Under the pieces are notes generated by a model, which was not told the origin of the DNA, made no database searches, and worked only from the letters and a program-made list of their open reading frames with translations. A stretch of DNA of 64,000 nucleotides from Candidatus Magasanikbacteria bacterium CG11_big_fil_rev_8_21_14_0_20_39_34. GTDB taxonomy: Bacteria > Patescibacteriota > Patescibacteriia > Magasanikbacterales > UBA922. Positions 37,192 to 47,627 of the stretch are shown in pieces (the stretch's first letter is position 1; every line of letters begins with the position of its first letter). A program made the translations under genes and the position numbers. Location: assembly GCA_002787355.1 (NCBI GenBank), contig PCWN01000007.1, positions 184,996-248,995 of the forward strand, given 5' to 3'.

Positions 37192-38386
37192 ACAAAACAA
37201 AAAAATATATTTGGATAATGCTGCAGCTACATCAATGGATCTGGCTGTTTTTAGGAGTATTAAAAAAATTGAAAAAAAATATTATGCAAATCCATCAGCT
37301 CTTTATGCAAGTGCAATGGAAGCAAAAAAATATTTAGAGGAATCTCGTGCACAGATCGCAAAAATTTTAGCTGCACAGCCAGACACTATTATTTTTACCA
37401 ATGGTGGAACGCAGAGTTGCAACCTGGCCATACAGGGTTTATTTTCTCACAATAGCTCAAATAAATCCCAAGGACATATCATTACTACAAAAATTGAACA
37501 TCACGCAGTTCTTTTACCAATACAAGAGTTAGAGAGGCAGGGATATGAAGTTACCTATTTGTCTGTTGATGAAAATGGAATAATAGACATAAATGAGCTA
37601 AAAAAATCATTTCAGGAGAATACGGTTTTGGTTTCTATAATGTATGCCAATAATGAAGTTGGAAGTATCCAACCAATACCTGAAATTGGTCGTGAAATAC
37701 TGAAATGGAGAAAAAGAAATGGAACGTCTTTTCCATATTTTCATAGCGATGCATGTCAGGCAGCAGGTGAGCAAGATATTCGTGTTGAGCACTTACATGT
37801 AGATCTTTTGACATTAAATGCAAGCAAAATCCATGGACCAAAGAGTGTGGGGGTTTTGTATAAAAGGCGCAATGTTCCTCTTGAACCAATTGTTTTTGGT
37901 GGGGGGCAAGAATTTGGATTGAATCCTGGGACAGAAGATATAGGCAAAGCTTATGGGATGGCCCTTGCACTTTCTATCGCACAGAATGAAAAAGTAAAAA
38001 ATTCAAAGCATGAGCGTAACCTTTGTGAAAAACTTTACTCTGAGCTTAAAAAAGATTTGGACGGGATTATTCTCAATGGTCCAGCTATCAATTCAGAACA
38101 AAGACTTTCCAATAATCTCAGTATTCAATTTCCTGGGATTGATGCAGAAGTGATGGCCCTTTATCTTTCTGAAAAAGGAGTAGAAGTTGGGCTTGGTTCT
38201 GCATGTACTACAGATTCTGATGAGGTTTCCCATGTTTTGAGTGCCCTTGGTTTGTGTGAGAAAGCAGCAAAAAGTACACTTCGTTTTACACTTTCAAAAT
38301 ATACTACTGAATCAGATATCAAAAAAGCAAAAAAATATATAACCGAGACGTATAAAAAATTGCGTCAGAATACGTATGAGCAATAA
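37184..38386 (+). CDS. iscS: Group I cysteine desulfurase (IscS/NifS-like)
   Basis: YLDNAAAT, EHHAV, MYANNEVG, SKIHGPK, GSACT. Confidence 0.88.
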   Translation: MYKQNKKIYLDNAAATSMDLAVFRSIKKIEKKYYANPSALYASAMEAKKYLEESRAQIAKILAAQPDTIIFTNGGTQSCNLAIQGLFSHNSSNKSQGHIITTKIEHHAVLLPIQELERQGYEVTYLSVDENGIIDINELKKSFQENTVLVSIMYANNEVGSIQPIPEIGREILKWRKRNGTSFPYFHSDACQAAGEQDIRVEHLHVDLLTLNASKIHGPKSVGVLYKRRNVPLEPIVFGGGQEFGLNPGTEDIGKAYGMALALSIAQNEKVKNSKHERNLCEKLYSELKKDLDGIILNGPAINSEQRLSNNLSIQFPGIDAEVMALYLSEKGVEVGLGSACTTDSDEVSHVLSALGLCEKAAKSTLRFTLSKYTTESDIKKAKKYITETYKKLRQNTYEQ

Positions 38387-39788
38387 AACGCAAAAACTTC
38401 ACTTTGATATAGATAGAAGTCTCTATGAAGAGGCAAATTTTGATAATTCAAAATTCAAATCGAAACCAGGTTTATCCAAAGAGGTAGTATATGAAATTTC
38501 AAAGCAAAAAAATGAACCAAAGTGGATGTTGGAAAAAAGACTTCAAGCTTTTGAACTTTTTGAAAAGACAGGAATTCCGCAATGGGGTCCAAATTTGAAA
38601 AATCTCAATTTAGACGAAATTATATATTTTGTACGTCCGAATACGCAGGAAAGTAAATCTTGGGATGATGTGCCGGATGAAATTAAAAATACCTTTGAAA
38701 AGTTAGGAATTCCACAAGCAGAAAGAGAAGCACTTGCTGGGGTTGGAGCACAGTATGATAGTGATGTGGTTTATCATAATATTAAGGATACACTAAAAAA
38801 AGAAGGAGTCATCTTTGAAAACATGGATGTGGCACTCCAAGAGCATGAGGAGTTGGTAAAGAAGTATTTCATGACACAATGTGTGCCAATAAATGATCAC
38901 AAGTTTGTTATGCTTCATGCCGCAGTTTGGTCTGGAGGGACATTCATTTATGTACCAAAAAATGTACGGGTAGAACTACCACTTCAAGCGTATTTTCGTA
39001 TGAATGCTGAGTCTGGTGGTCAGTTCGAGCACACCCTTATTATAGTTGATGAGGGAGCAGAAATTCAGTATATAGAGGGATGTTCTGCACCGCGCTACAG
39101 TACGAATTCACTCCATGCTGGTTGTGTAGAAATTTTTGTTCATAAGAATGCACGCGCAAGATATTACTCTATAGAAAATTGGTCAAAAAATACCTATAAT
39201 TTAAATACGAAACGTGCATTGGTAGATGAAAATGGAATAATTGAATGGATAAATGGTAATATGGGAAGTGGTACCACAATGTTATACCCTTCTTCAATTT
39301 TGCGTGGAAGAGGAGCAAAGTCAGATAGTTTAGGGATCGCCTTTGCGGGTGAAGGACAGGATCAAGATACCGGTGCAAAAGCTATTCATGTAGCTCCAGA
39401 TACAAAATCTACTATTCGTGCCAAGTCTATTTCTGCTCGAGGTGGAAAGAGTACCTATCGTGGCTATGTAAAAATTACCAAAGGCGCCATAAATAGTTCT
39501 GTATCGGTTGACTGTGATGCATTGCTTATTGATAATGGATCTACTTCAAATACACAGCCCTATATGAAAGTAGAAAACAATGAGGTGGATATTGCACACG
39601 AAGCCCGTGTAGGAAAAATTGGTGATGAAGAAATTTTTTATCTTATGAGCCGGGGATTATCAGAACAACAGGCGATGCAAATGGTAGTTTCAGGATTTAT
39701 TGAGCCCATAGTAAAGTCACTTCCTTTGGAATATGCACTTGAGCTGAATAAATTAATTGAGCTTGAGATGGAAGGTGCAATTGGATAG
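38376..39788 (+). CDS. sufB: Fe-S cluster assembly protein SufB
   Basis: GQFEHTLII, YIEGCSAP, LHAGCVE, HEARVGKI. Confidence 0.96.
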   Translation: MSNKTQKLHFDIDRSLYEEANFDNSKFKSKPGLSKEVVYEISKQKNEPKWMLEKRLQAFELFEKTGIPQWGPNLKNLNLDEIIYFVRPNTQESKSWDDVPDEIKNTFEKLGIPQAEREALAGVGAQYDSDVVYHNIKDTLKKEGVIFENMDVALQEHEELVKKYFMTQCVPINDHKFVMLHAAVWSGGTFIYVPKNVRVELPLQAYFRMNAESGGQFEHTLIIVDEGAEIQYIEGCSAPRYSTNSLHAGCVEIFVHKNARARYYSIENWSKNTYNLNTKRALVDENGIIEWINGNMGSGTTMLYPSSILRGRGAKSDSLGIAFAGEGQDQDTGAKAIHVAPDTKSTIRAKSISARGGKSTYRGYVKITKGAINSSVSVDCDALLIDNGSTSNTQPYMKVENNEVDIAHEARVGKIGDEEIFYLMSRGLSEQQAMQMVVSGFIEPIVKSLPLEYALELNKLIELEMEGAIG

Positions 39789-39800
39789 TTATTGAAAAAT

Positions 39801-40799
39801 ATGGACATACAAGTACAAAAATACGGCATAGGAATAATAAATACAGTGGAAAGAATGGATTCTTCTGGTCCTTTGGACTGTTCTGTTTCTTCTGACTCAC
39901 TTCAATATGATTTTCTTCCCCTTCAAGAAGCAAAGGAGAAAAAAAAGTATGCTAAATTCATTAAAAATAATTTATTTTTTTATAAAGAAAACATGGTATG
40001 TGGAAGTTCCTATTTTCTTTATGTTCCGCCCTTACAAAAAGGGAGATTGGACATTTTCCTCAAGGCCGAATTTCCTGCGCAGGGGGTCCTTTTATTGGCG
40101 ATAGACAAGGATACGTCTATAGATATTGTAGAGCATTCCGACTTTAAGGCTATGGCTGAGGTATATGTAGATATAGTGGCTATTTCAGGGAGTAGGGTAG
40201 AATATACAAAGCAAGTGGATGCAAATGAATTTCAGGTGCAAACGTCACATAGAGCAAAGATAATGGCTGAAAGTAGCGTTACATGGAATGAATATATAAA
40301 AAGCACAAAAAATGCATTGGTAAATGTAGAATCCTATTTGGAGCAACCGGGTGCGACATCTCATACCAAATCTATTATTTATTCCCTCAAAGAGGGTGTG
40401 TGCGATGTAAAGCACGAAGTATTTCACAACTCCGTCATGACCAATTCACATATATCTGCTGCAGGTATTGCAAAGGATGAATCAAAAAATATTTATAGAA
40501 GTTGCATTGATATAAAAGAAGGAGCAAAAAGGTCTTCTGGACACCAAAAGGCACAATTTTTGCAACTATCACCCAAAGCAGAAGTGGATGCCGTCCCTGC
40601 ATTGCAAGTTGAATGCCACGAAGTTCTCTGTAGTCATGGGGTCAGTATTACACGTTGTAAGCCAGAGGATATATTTTATATCACTTCACGTGGGATTGAA
40701 TCTACGCAAGCAGAAAATATTTTGGAAAGAGCCCATGTGTGTTCTATCATCGATTCTATGAATTCAACCGCGCAGGCGGAATTTGATCAATTACTTTAA
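39801..40799 (+). CDS. sufD: Fe-S cluster assembly protein SufD (divergent)
   Basis: VPALQV...VLCSHGVSI...FYITSRGI; position in operon. Confidence 0.85.
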   Translation: MDIQVQKYGIGIINTVERMDSSGPLDCSVSSDSLQYDFLPLQEAKEKKKYAKFIKNNLFFYKENMVCGSSYFLYVPPLQKGRLDIFLKAEFPAQGVLLLAIDKDTSIDIVEHSDFKAMAEVYVDIVAISGSRVEYTKQVDANEFQVQTSHRAKIMAESSVTWNEYIKSTKNALVNVESYLEQPGATSHTKSIIYSLKEGVCDVKHEVFHNSVMTNSHISAAGIAKDESKNIYRSCIDIKEGAKRSSGHQKAQFLQLSPKAEVDAVPALQVECHEVLCSHGVSITRCKPEDIFYITSRGIESTQAENILERAHVCSIIDSMNSTAQAEFDQLL

Positions 40800-40800
40800 T

Positions 40801-42000
40801 ATGAACAGTATACGAGAACAATTTCCTTTGCTTCGTACCTATAAAGATTTGGTGTATCTTGATAATGCTGCTACAACACAAAAACCGGAGAGTGTTATTA
40901 AGGCAGTGACGCGTTTTTATGAAAAACAAAATGCCAATGTACACCGAGGAGCTTATAAGTTGAGTGATATTTCGTCACAATTGTATGTGGAAGCACATAC
41001 ACGGGTGGCAAGTTTTTTGAATGCATACCCTGATGAAATTATATTTAACTCAGGAGCAACTGCAGGATTAAATACCTTGGCGTATGGTCTTACCAAAAAT
41101 CTTGAAAAGGGGGATAATGTTGTTTTGACTCGTATGGAGCACCACTCAAACCTTCTTCCTTGGATTGAGATGTCAAAAAGGCGTGGGTTTGAGGTGCGTT
41201 TTATCGGATTGAATCCTGAATCTGGGGAGCTTCTCGAAGAAGACATTGACACCTGTATTGATGAAAGGACACGGGTGGTGACATTTGTGCATACCTCAAA
41301 TGTTTTGGGAATTGTGAATCCAATGCATCGACTCATCACACGTGCAAAGGCAATGGGGGCGCTCACTGTTGTCGATGCGTGTCAGGCTGTTGCACACCAA
41401 AAAATAGATGTAAAAGCACTTGATTGTGATTTTTTGGTGTTTTCCGGACATAAATTATATGGTCCAACAGGAATTGGTGTTTTATATGGAAAAAAAGAAC
41501 GATTAGAAAAAATGGATCCGTTTCATTATGGAGGGGGAATGGTAGCAAGGGTGTCAGATCTCTCTATCGCTTGGAAGGATGCTCCCATGAAGTTTGAGGC
41601 TGGAACGCCTCATATTGCCGGAGCTATCGGTCTTTCTGCTGCACTGAAATATTTGGAGAACCTTGGTTGGGAAGAAATTTTTTCTCATACAGAAACACTT
41701 ACCAAGTATGCAACAGAGACACTTTCAAAAATAAAAGATGTAAAAATTTTTGGAAAGAATGCAGAAAGAAGGGGAATGATTGCTTTTGAAGTGGAAGGAG
41801 TACATTCACATGATGTAGCTCAAATTTTTGATAGTGAAAATATAGCGGTACGAGCAGGTCAACATTGTGCTACCCTTTTTGTTCAGGAGCTTACAGATAA
41901 TGGAATTGTACGTGCATCTATGGGAATTTATAATACCAAAAAGGATATTGACAAACTTATTGTTGGAATAGAAAAAGTGAAAAAAATGTTTCATGTATAA
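40801..42000 (+). CDS. sufS: Group II cysteine desulfurase
   Basis: YLDNAATTQKP, NVHRG, SGHKLYGPTGIG, RAGQHCA. Confidence 0.94.
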   Translation: MNSIREQFPLLRTYKDLVYLDNAATTQKPESVIKAVTRFYEKQNANVHRGAYKLSDISSQLYVEAHTRVASFLNAYPDEIIFNSGATAGLNTLAYGLTKNLEKGDNVVLTRMEHHSNLLPWIEMSKRRGFEVRFIGLNPESGELLEEDIDTCIDERTRVVTFVHTSNVLGIVNPMHRLITRAKAMGALTVVDACQAVAHQKIDVKALDCDFLVFSGHKLYGPTGIGVLYGKKERLEKMDPFHYGGGMVARVSDLSIAWKDAPMKFEAGTPHIAGAIGLSAALKYLENLGWEEIFSHTETLTKYATETLSKIKDVKIFGKNAERRGMIAFEVEGVHSHDVAQIFDSENIAVRAGQHCATLFVQELTDNGIVRASMGIYNTKKDIDKLIVGIEKVKKMFHV

Positions 42001-42382
42001 AAATATGCAAGATGTAGACATAGAACAAATGTACAAAGAGGCTATCTTAGAACTCAATAGAAACCCTTTGAATAAAAAAGTACTTCCTTATTTTAGCTTT
42101 GAACTATTTTCTTCAAATCCATCTTGCGGTGATGAATGTACCATTCAAGTACAGTTGGATAGAGATGGAAATATAGGAGATATTGGACATCAATCAAAAG
42201 GTTGTGCTATTTCTCAGGCTGCAATTTCACTTATTACAGAAGAAGTTAAAAACCAAAATATACAGGATGTAAAAAAGATTACGAAAGAGAAGATGCTTGA
42301 ATTATTAGGAATTCCAATTACACACACCAGACTTAAATGTGCTTTGCTTGGGTGGAGCATCTTACAAAAATTTCCTGAATAA
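41993..42382 (+). CDS. sufU: SufU/IscU-like sulfur transfer/scaffold protein
   Basis: NPSCGD, GCAISQAA, RLKCA. Confidence 0.9.
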   Translation: MYKNMQDVDIEQMYKEAILELNRNPLNKKVLPYFSFELFSSNPSCGDECTIQVQLDRDGNIGDIGHQSKGCAISQAAISLITEEVKNQNIQDVKKITKEKMLELLGIPITHTRLKCALLGWSILQKFPE

Positions 42383-42393
42383 CAAAAATATAT

Positions 42394-43122
42394 ATGTCAC
42401 TTGAAATAAAAAATATAACCGTCTCGGTAGAGGGAAAGAGTATTCTTGAGAATTTTTCACTGAATATAGAAAAAGGTGAAATCCATGCACTTATGGGTCC
42501 AAATGGATCAGGAAAGTCTACACTATCAAATGCTATAGCAGGACATCCAAAGTACAAAATAGAAAGGGGGGAAGTACTCCTGGATGGTGAAAATATACTC
42601 CCTCTTAAAGTAGACGAACGGGCGAAGCTTGGACTTTTTTTGTCCATGCAATATCCACCAGAAATACCGGGACTTTCCATTACCAATTTTTTGCGTACAT
42701 CAGTTTCTTCTCTCAAGGGGAAGAAGCAACATCCTATTCAATTTCATAAGGATCTCCTTCTTTGTATGAAAGAACTTGGGATAGAAAAGCAGTTTGCAAA
42801 TAGGTATCTCAATGTTGGATTTTCAGGTGGTGAAAAGAAAAAACTTGAAATTTTACAGCTCTCACTCATGGATCCAAAATATGCTTTGCTGGATGAAACT
42901 GACTCTGGTCTGGATGTGGATGCCTTAAAAACGGTATGTGAAGGTATCAAACAGTTTGCAAATAAAGAAAAAGGGATACTTTTAATTACTCATTACAATA
43001 GAATTCTTGAATATATTCAGCCAAACTTTGTTCATATTCTTATCAACGGAAAAATAGTAGAAACTGGTGATAAAAATTTGGCAGTTGAAATTGAAAAGAA
43101 TGGTTACAAAAAATATATATGA
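42394..43122 (+). CDS. sufC: Fe-S assembly ABC ATPase
   Basis: GPNGSGKST, FSGGEKKK, LDETDSGLD, ITHY. Confidence 0.96.
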   Translation: MSLEIKNITVSVEGKSILENFSLNIEKGEIHALMGPNGSGKSTLSNAIAGHPKYKIERGEVLLDGENILPLKVDERAKLGLFLSMQYPPEIPGLSITNFLRTSVSSLKGKKQHPIQFHKDLLLCMKELGIEKQFANRYLNVGFSGGEKKKLEILQLSLMDPKYALLDETDSGLDVDALKTVCEGIKQFANKEKGILLITHYNRILEYIQPNFVHILINGKIVETGDKNLAVEIEKNGYKKYI

Positions 43123-43409
43123 GTAAGGAAAAAATTTTAGAAAGTTTAAAATCTATAGAGGATCCTGAAATAGGGCTGGATATTGTTACCCTTGGCCTTA
43201 TCTATGAGGTTGAAATTCAATCAAAAGATCATGTCCATCTTCTTATAACCTTTACATCTCCTATGTGTCCCTTTGGACCACAGCTTATAGGACAAATAGA
43301 GGATAAGGTAAGAGAATTGGGATATAGGTATCCGGAGGTAGAAGTTACCTTTGATCCACCCTGGAGTGCTCCAGAGGATCTTCGGGAAATTATGGGTTTT
43401 GTGATATAG
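43119..43409 (+). CDS. sufT: DUF59/SufT Fe-S maturation protein
   Basis: DPEIGLDIVTLGLIY, TFTSPMCP, FDPPW. Confidence 0.9.
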   Translation: MSKEKILESLKSIEDPEIGLDIVTLGLIYEVEIQSKDHVHLLITFTSPMCPFGPQLIGQIEDKVRELGYRYPEVEVTFDPPWSAPEDLREIMGFVI

Positions 43410-43411
43410 AT

Positions 43412-43711
43412 ATGAAAAAAATAGAAGTTTGTTGTGGAAAATCATGTTCAGGGATGGGTTCGAGAAGGATTCTTGATTTTTTGATTGCAAAGCTTGGCTT
43501 GAAACCAGGAGAAGAAAATGATACAATGTCGCTTAATACGTCTCCTTGCATGGGGTATTGTGCTCGGTCGCCCAATATTCGGATCAATGATGATCATTTC
43601 ATCTTTGGTGCAAATGTAAAAAATGTATTGTCAGATATTGAAAAAGGAGGAAAATACGTAGAACCCCAGATCTTGGACCTTACTGATGATTTTTTAAATG
43701 ACCTTTCGTAA
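43412..43711 (+). CDS. Thioredoxin-like [2Fe-2S] ferredoxin (NuoE-like)
   Basis: VCCGKSC...GS, CMGYCARSPNI. Confidence 0.85.
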   Translation: MKKIEVCCGKSCSGMGSRRILDFLIAKLGLKPGEENDTMSLNTSPCMGYCARSPNIRINDDHFIFGANVKNVLSDIEKGGKYVEPQILDLTDDFLNDLS

Positions 43712-43715
43712 ACCT

Positions 43716-44066
43716 ATGGACTCAAATGAAATCATAAAGAAAAATAATCAAGTTGCTGAAGAAAATTTGGCTATCAAAAAACCAGAGGATTTAGAAAATT
43801 TTGACAACATTTCTCAAGGTGTTCGTGTTATAAAAGAGGGGAAGATTAGACGCATTGTGGTTGATAGACAGGCCTGTATTGGGGCGCGATCCTGTGTTGT
43901 GGTGGCAGAAGATATGTTTCAAATGGATGACGAAGATCTTGCATATATCACAGATCCAGAGAGCTATGATGATGAGGAAACGGTAAAGCTCGCCGCAGAA
44001 GCATGTCCGGTACTCGCAATTCATCTCTATGATGAACAGGGGAATAAGTTATTTCCGGAAGAATAA
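43716..44066 (+). CDS. Monocluster ferredoxin, probably [3Fe-4S]
   Basis: VDRQACIGARSC (C-x2-A-x2-C) and AAEACPVLAI. Confidence 0.85.
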   Translation: MDSNEIIKKNNQVAEENLAIKKPEDLENFDNISQGVRVIKEGKIRRIVVDRQACIGARSCVVVAEDMFQMDDEDLAYITDPESYDDEETVKLAAEACPVLAIHLYDEQGNKLFPEE

Positions 44067-44092
44067 AAAAAGGCCTTTGAAAGGCCTTTTTT
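44066..44092. terminator. Bidirectional intrinsic terminator
   Basis: AAAAAAGGCCTT-TGA-AAGGCCTTTTTT. Confidence 0.75.
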
Positions 44093-44102
44093 GTTGTATA
44101 AA

Positions 44103-46748
44103 CTATTTTTTTGCAAGCGTAAGGGTATCATCTTTGAGATCAACTTTAATTTTGTCTCCAACTTCTACTTCTTCTTCAAGGATATCCATAGCAAGCTTAT
44201 CCATGAGTTGTGATTGTATAACACGTCTGAGTGGTCGTGCCCCTAGATTGGGATCAAAACCTTTCTTTCCAAGCCAGTCTTTTGCCTTTGCCGTTACGTT
44301 AAGTGTAATATTTTTTTCTTGAAGTCTATGTTGAAGATTTTCAAGTTGTAAGTCAACAATGTAACGAATATGTTGCTCGGAGAGGGGATGGAACATAATT
44401 ATTTCATCTACTCGGTTAAGAAATTCAGGTTTGAAATGCTCACGAAGTACTTCCATAACTTTTTGTTTTACCTGACTTTCATTTTCCTTTATTCCCCCTT
44501 GGTTGTTTTCTCCAAAACCAAATTCTCCGGTTCTTCCCATTTGCATAATAAGCTCAGAACCAATATTACTGGTCATGATAATAACGGTATTTTTGAAGTT
44601 TACTTTTCGTCCTTTTGCATCAGTAAGTTGTCCATCTTCCAAAATTTGAAGCATGACATTAAATACTTCTGGATGAGCTTTTTCAATTTCATCAAAAAGA
44701 ACTACGGAGTAGGGGTGACGTCGAATTTTTTCTGTAAGCTGTCCACCTTCTTCATAACCAACATAACCAGGGGCAGCACCCATCATTTTCGAAACAGAAT
44801 GCTTTTCCATGTATTCACTCATGTCTACTCGTACAACGGCGTCTTCATCATTAAACATAAACTCCGCCAACGCCTTTGCGAGTTCTGTTTTTCCAACTCC
44901 AGTTGGTCCCATAAAAATAAAGGAACCTATTGGACGTTTTTCTTCAGATATCCCCGCACGAGAACGACGAATAGCATTTGAAATAGCTTTAATCGCTTCT
45001 CCCTGGCCCACCACACGTTCTGAAAGAGCATCTTCCATTCGAGCGAGTTTCTTTTTTTCATTTTCAAGCATCTTTTGAACCGGAATTCCTGTCCAGCGTG
45101 ATACCACTTTTGCAATATCCTCTTCATCCACTTCCTCCTTGAGAATAGCGCGTCCTTTTTGTATGTCATAGAGTTTGAGTTGCATTCGTTTTATATCCTC
45201 TTCAAGTTGAGGGACTTCTCCATAACGAATTTCTGCAACTTTTTGTAAGTCACCACGACGTTCGGCAATTTCTGCGGTTTGCTTGAGCTTATCAATCTTC
45301 TTTTTATTTTCTTTGATATTCATGATAATATCTCTTTCATTTTTCCAGTGTACTTCCAATTCATTACTTTCCTCACGAATATTTTCCAATTCTTGTTTGA
45401 GCTTCTTGAGTTTTTCTTTAGAGATTTCATTTTTTTCTTCTTTTTGTAAGGCCTTCATTTCAACCTCAATCTGCATCATTTTTCTTTTCATTTTGTCTAA
45501 GTCTGCCGGCATGGATTCAATTTCCAAACGGAGTGCAGAAGTAGCCTCATCAATAAGATCAATTGCCTTATCTGGGAGAAATCTATCGGTAATATAGCGG
45601 GAAGAAAGTTCAACAGCTGCAACAATTGCAGAGTCAGTAATACGTACACCATGGTGTACCTCATATTTTTCTTTTATACCACGCAAAATACCAACGGCAT
45701 CCTGTTTACTTGGCTCTTCAACCATTACTGGCTGAAATCTGCGTTCAAAGGCGGCATCTTTTTCTATGTATTTTTGGTATTCTTTTATAGTGGTCGCCCC
45801 AATAGTAAATAATTCACCACGAGCGAGTGCTGGTTTTAACATATTGGAAGCATCCACTGATCCTTCGGAAGATCCAGCACCTACAATGGTGTGAAGTTCA
45901 TCAATAAACAAAATAATTTGACCAGCACTTGCGGTAACTTCCTTGAGCACTGCTTTGAAACGTTCTTCAAATTCACCACGAAATTTGGTTCCCGCAACGA
46001 GCGCACCGACATCAAGACCAATAAGTTCTTTGTCTTGTAAACTCTCAGGAACGTCTCCATTTACAATACGTTGTGCAAGCCCTTCAACAATAGCCGTCTT
46101 TCCAACCCCTGGTTCTCCAATGAGCACCGGATTATTTTTAACACGGCGAGTAAGCACTTGCATGACTCTACGAATTTCTTCATCACGACCAATGACAGGA
46201 TCAAGTTTTTCTTTTCGTGCCAGCTCTGTAAAGTTCTTTCCATATTTTTCTAGAACTTGATATTTTTTTTCAGGATCTGGAGAGTCAACTTTTTGGCTTC
46301 CACGAACTTCTGCCAATACTTTAAGAACTTTTTCATAGGTAACCAACTCAGTTGCAAGAATGTCTGAAATGGGATTTTTGGTTCGCAAAAAAGCAAGAAG
46401 AATATGTTCAACCGAAATATATTCATCTCCCATTTTTTGGGATTCTTCTTGTGCACTTTGAAGCACACCCATCATGGGTTGTCCCATAACGACTTGTCCC
46501 ACACCACCTATTGGACGAGGGCCATAATATTTAGGTATGGCTTCAATCATTTTTTTCATGTCTACCTTAAGAGAGATGAGATTTGAATCAAGCTTTTTTA
46601 GAAGTGAAACCACTAAACCATCCTCTTGTAAAAGGAGCGCTAAAAAGAGATGTGGGGGATCAATCTGAGGGTGTGAATGCTCAAAAGAAATTTGTTGAGC
46701 CTCTTGGAGGGCCTCTTGGGTTTTGTGTGTAAAGTTATTTGGTATCAT
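44103..46748 (-). CDS. clpB: ATP-dependent disaggregase ClpB
   Basis: Two AAA+ modules ([16 protein letters not shown]) and long M-domain coiled coil (AEIRYG). Likely start MIPNNFT. Confidence 0.96.
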   Translation of the reverse strand: MIPNNFTHKTQEALQEAQQISFEHSHPQIDPPHLFLALLLQEDGLVVSLLKKLDSNLISLKVDMKKMIEAIPKYYGPRPIGGVGQVVMGQPMMGVLQSAQEESQKMGDEYISVEHILLAFLRTKNPISDILATELVTYEKVLKVLAEVRGSQKVDSPDPEKKYQVLEKYGKNFTELARKEKLDPVIGRDEEIRRVMQVLTRRVKNNPVLIGEPGVGKTAIVEGLAQRIVNGDVPESLQDKELIGLDVGALVAGTKFRGEFEERFKAVLKEVTASAGQIILFIDELHTIVGAGSSEGSVDASNMLKPALARGELFTIGATTIKEYQKYIEKDAAFERRFQPVMVEEPSKQDAVGILRGIKEKYEVHHGVRITDSAIVAAVELSSRYITDRFLPDKAIDLIDEATSALRLEIESMPADLDKMKRKMMQIEVEMKALQKEEKNEISKEKLKKLKQELENIREESNELEVHWKNERDIIMNIKENKKKIDKLKQTAEIAERRGDLQKVAEIRYGEVPQLEEDIKRMQLKLYDIQKGRAILKEEVDEEDIAKVVSRWTGIPVQKMLENEKKKLARMEDALSERVVGQGEAIKAISNAIRRSRAGISEEKRPIGSFIFMGPTGVGKTELAKALAEFMFNDEDAVVRVDMSEYMEKHSVSKMMGAAPGYVGYEEGGQLTEKIRRHPYSVVLFDEIEKAHPEVFNVMLQILEDGQLTDAKGRKVNFKNTVIIMTSNIGSELIMQMGRTGEFGFGENNQGGIKENESQVKQKVMEVLREHFKPEFLNRVDEIIMFHPLSEQHIRYIVDLQLENLQHRLQEKNITLNVTAKAKDWLGKKGFDPNLGARPLRRVIQSQLMDKLAMDILEEEVEVGDKIKVDLKDDTLTLAKK

Positions 46749-46768
46749 AGGTGTAAAATTAGGTGGTT

Positions 46769-46795
46769 TTATCACTCTATATGTGTGAGTGATAA
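46769..46795 (-). promoter_or_regulatory. CIRCE-like operator (HrcA)
   Basis: TTATCACTC-N9-GAGTGATAA versus consensus TTAGCACTC-N9-GAGTGCTAA, directly downstream of a TTGACA-16-TACAAT promoter. Confidence 0.8.
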
Positions 46796-46874
46796 TATTG
46801 TAACATAACTTGAAATTATGTCAATATATGCTAATATTATAGCATAATTAAGAAAAAAATGCGTAATTTGAGCT

Positions 46875-47621
46875 ATGAGAAGAGATGTTTTGGGGGTACA
46901 TATTGATAGCGTAACTATTGAAGAAGCGCTCAACAGAGCTCAAGGATTTTTAGAGGGAAATTCGGGGAATACCATTTTTACCCCCAATCCAGAGATGCTG
47001 GTAGAGGCACAGAATAACCCTGTATTCCGTGAGATACTCAATACTGCTAGTTTGAACCTTTGTGATGGGGTTGGAATACAACTTCTCTTGGGAGGAAAGA
47101 TAAAACGAATTCCTGGGGTAGATTTTGTATATAAGCTTTGTGCTTTAGCAGAAAAAAGAGGGGATTCTCTGTACCTTTTGGGTACAGGAAGCAACTCTAT
47201 TCTTGAAAAAACTGTAGAGGAGCTTACAAAAAAATTTCCAAACTTACATATTGTAGGATATCATCGGGGAGTAGACATTACCCTAAAAAATGGCTTTCAT
47301 ATATTAGATGAAAAGGAAAATGATAAATTAATTGATAATATTATTTCTGTAGCACCAAAAATTTTACTTGTTGCATTTGGGCACTCAAAGCAAGAACAGT
47401 GGATTTATACTTTCCTTTCAGAGCTTCCAAGTGTACGAATAGCTGTTGGTGTTGGAGGTTCTTTTGATTATATTTCGGGAGAAGTGAGTCGTGCCCCAAA
47501 GATATTGAGAGTTATAGGGCTTGAGTGGTTATACAGACTTTTGCTTCAACCGAAAAAAAGATTTAAACGCATCATTAATGCAGTTATTATATTTCCTTTT
47601 ACTTTTTTGTTTAAAAAATAA
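46875..47621 (+). CDS. WecG/TagA/CpsF family glycosyltransferase (GT26)
   Basis: TPNPEM, DGVG, RIPGVD, KQEQW, GVGGSFD, GLEWLYRL. Confidence 0.92.
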   Translation: MRRDVLGVHIDSVTIEEALNRAQGFLEGNSGNTIFTPNPEMLVEAQNNPVFREILNTASLNLCDGVGIQLLLGGKIKRIPGVDFVYKLCALAEKRGDSLYLLGTGSNSILEKTVEELTKKFPNLHIVGYHRGVDITLKNGFHILDEKENDKLIDNIISVAPKILLVAFGHSKQEQWIYTFLSELPSVRIAVGVGGSFDYISGEVSRAPKILRVIGLEWLYRLLLQPKKRFKRIINAVIIFPFTFLFKK

Positions 47622-47627
47622 AATTGT

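Noticed and set aside
44370-44981. 203-aa ORF antisense to clpB and the many other 60-170 aa antisense or overlapping ORFs in the track
   Set aside because: Shadow ORFs of well-conserved genes, with no motifs or expression signals of their own.
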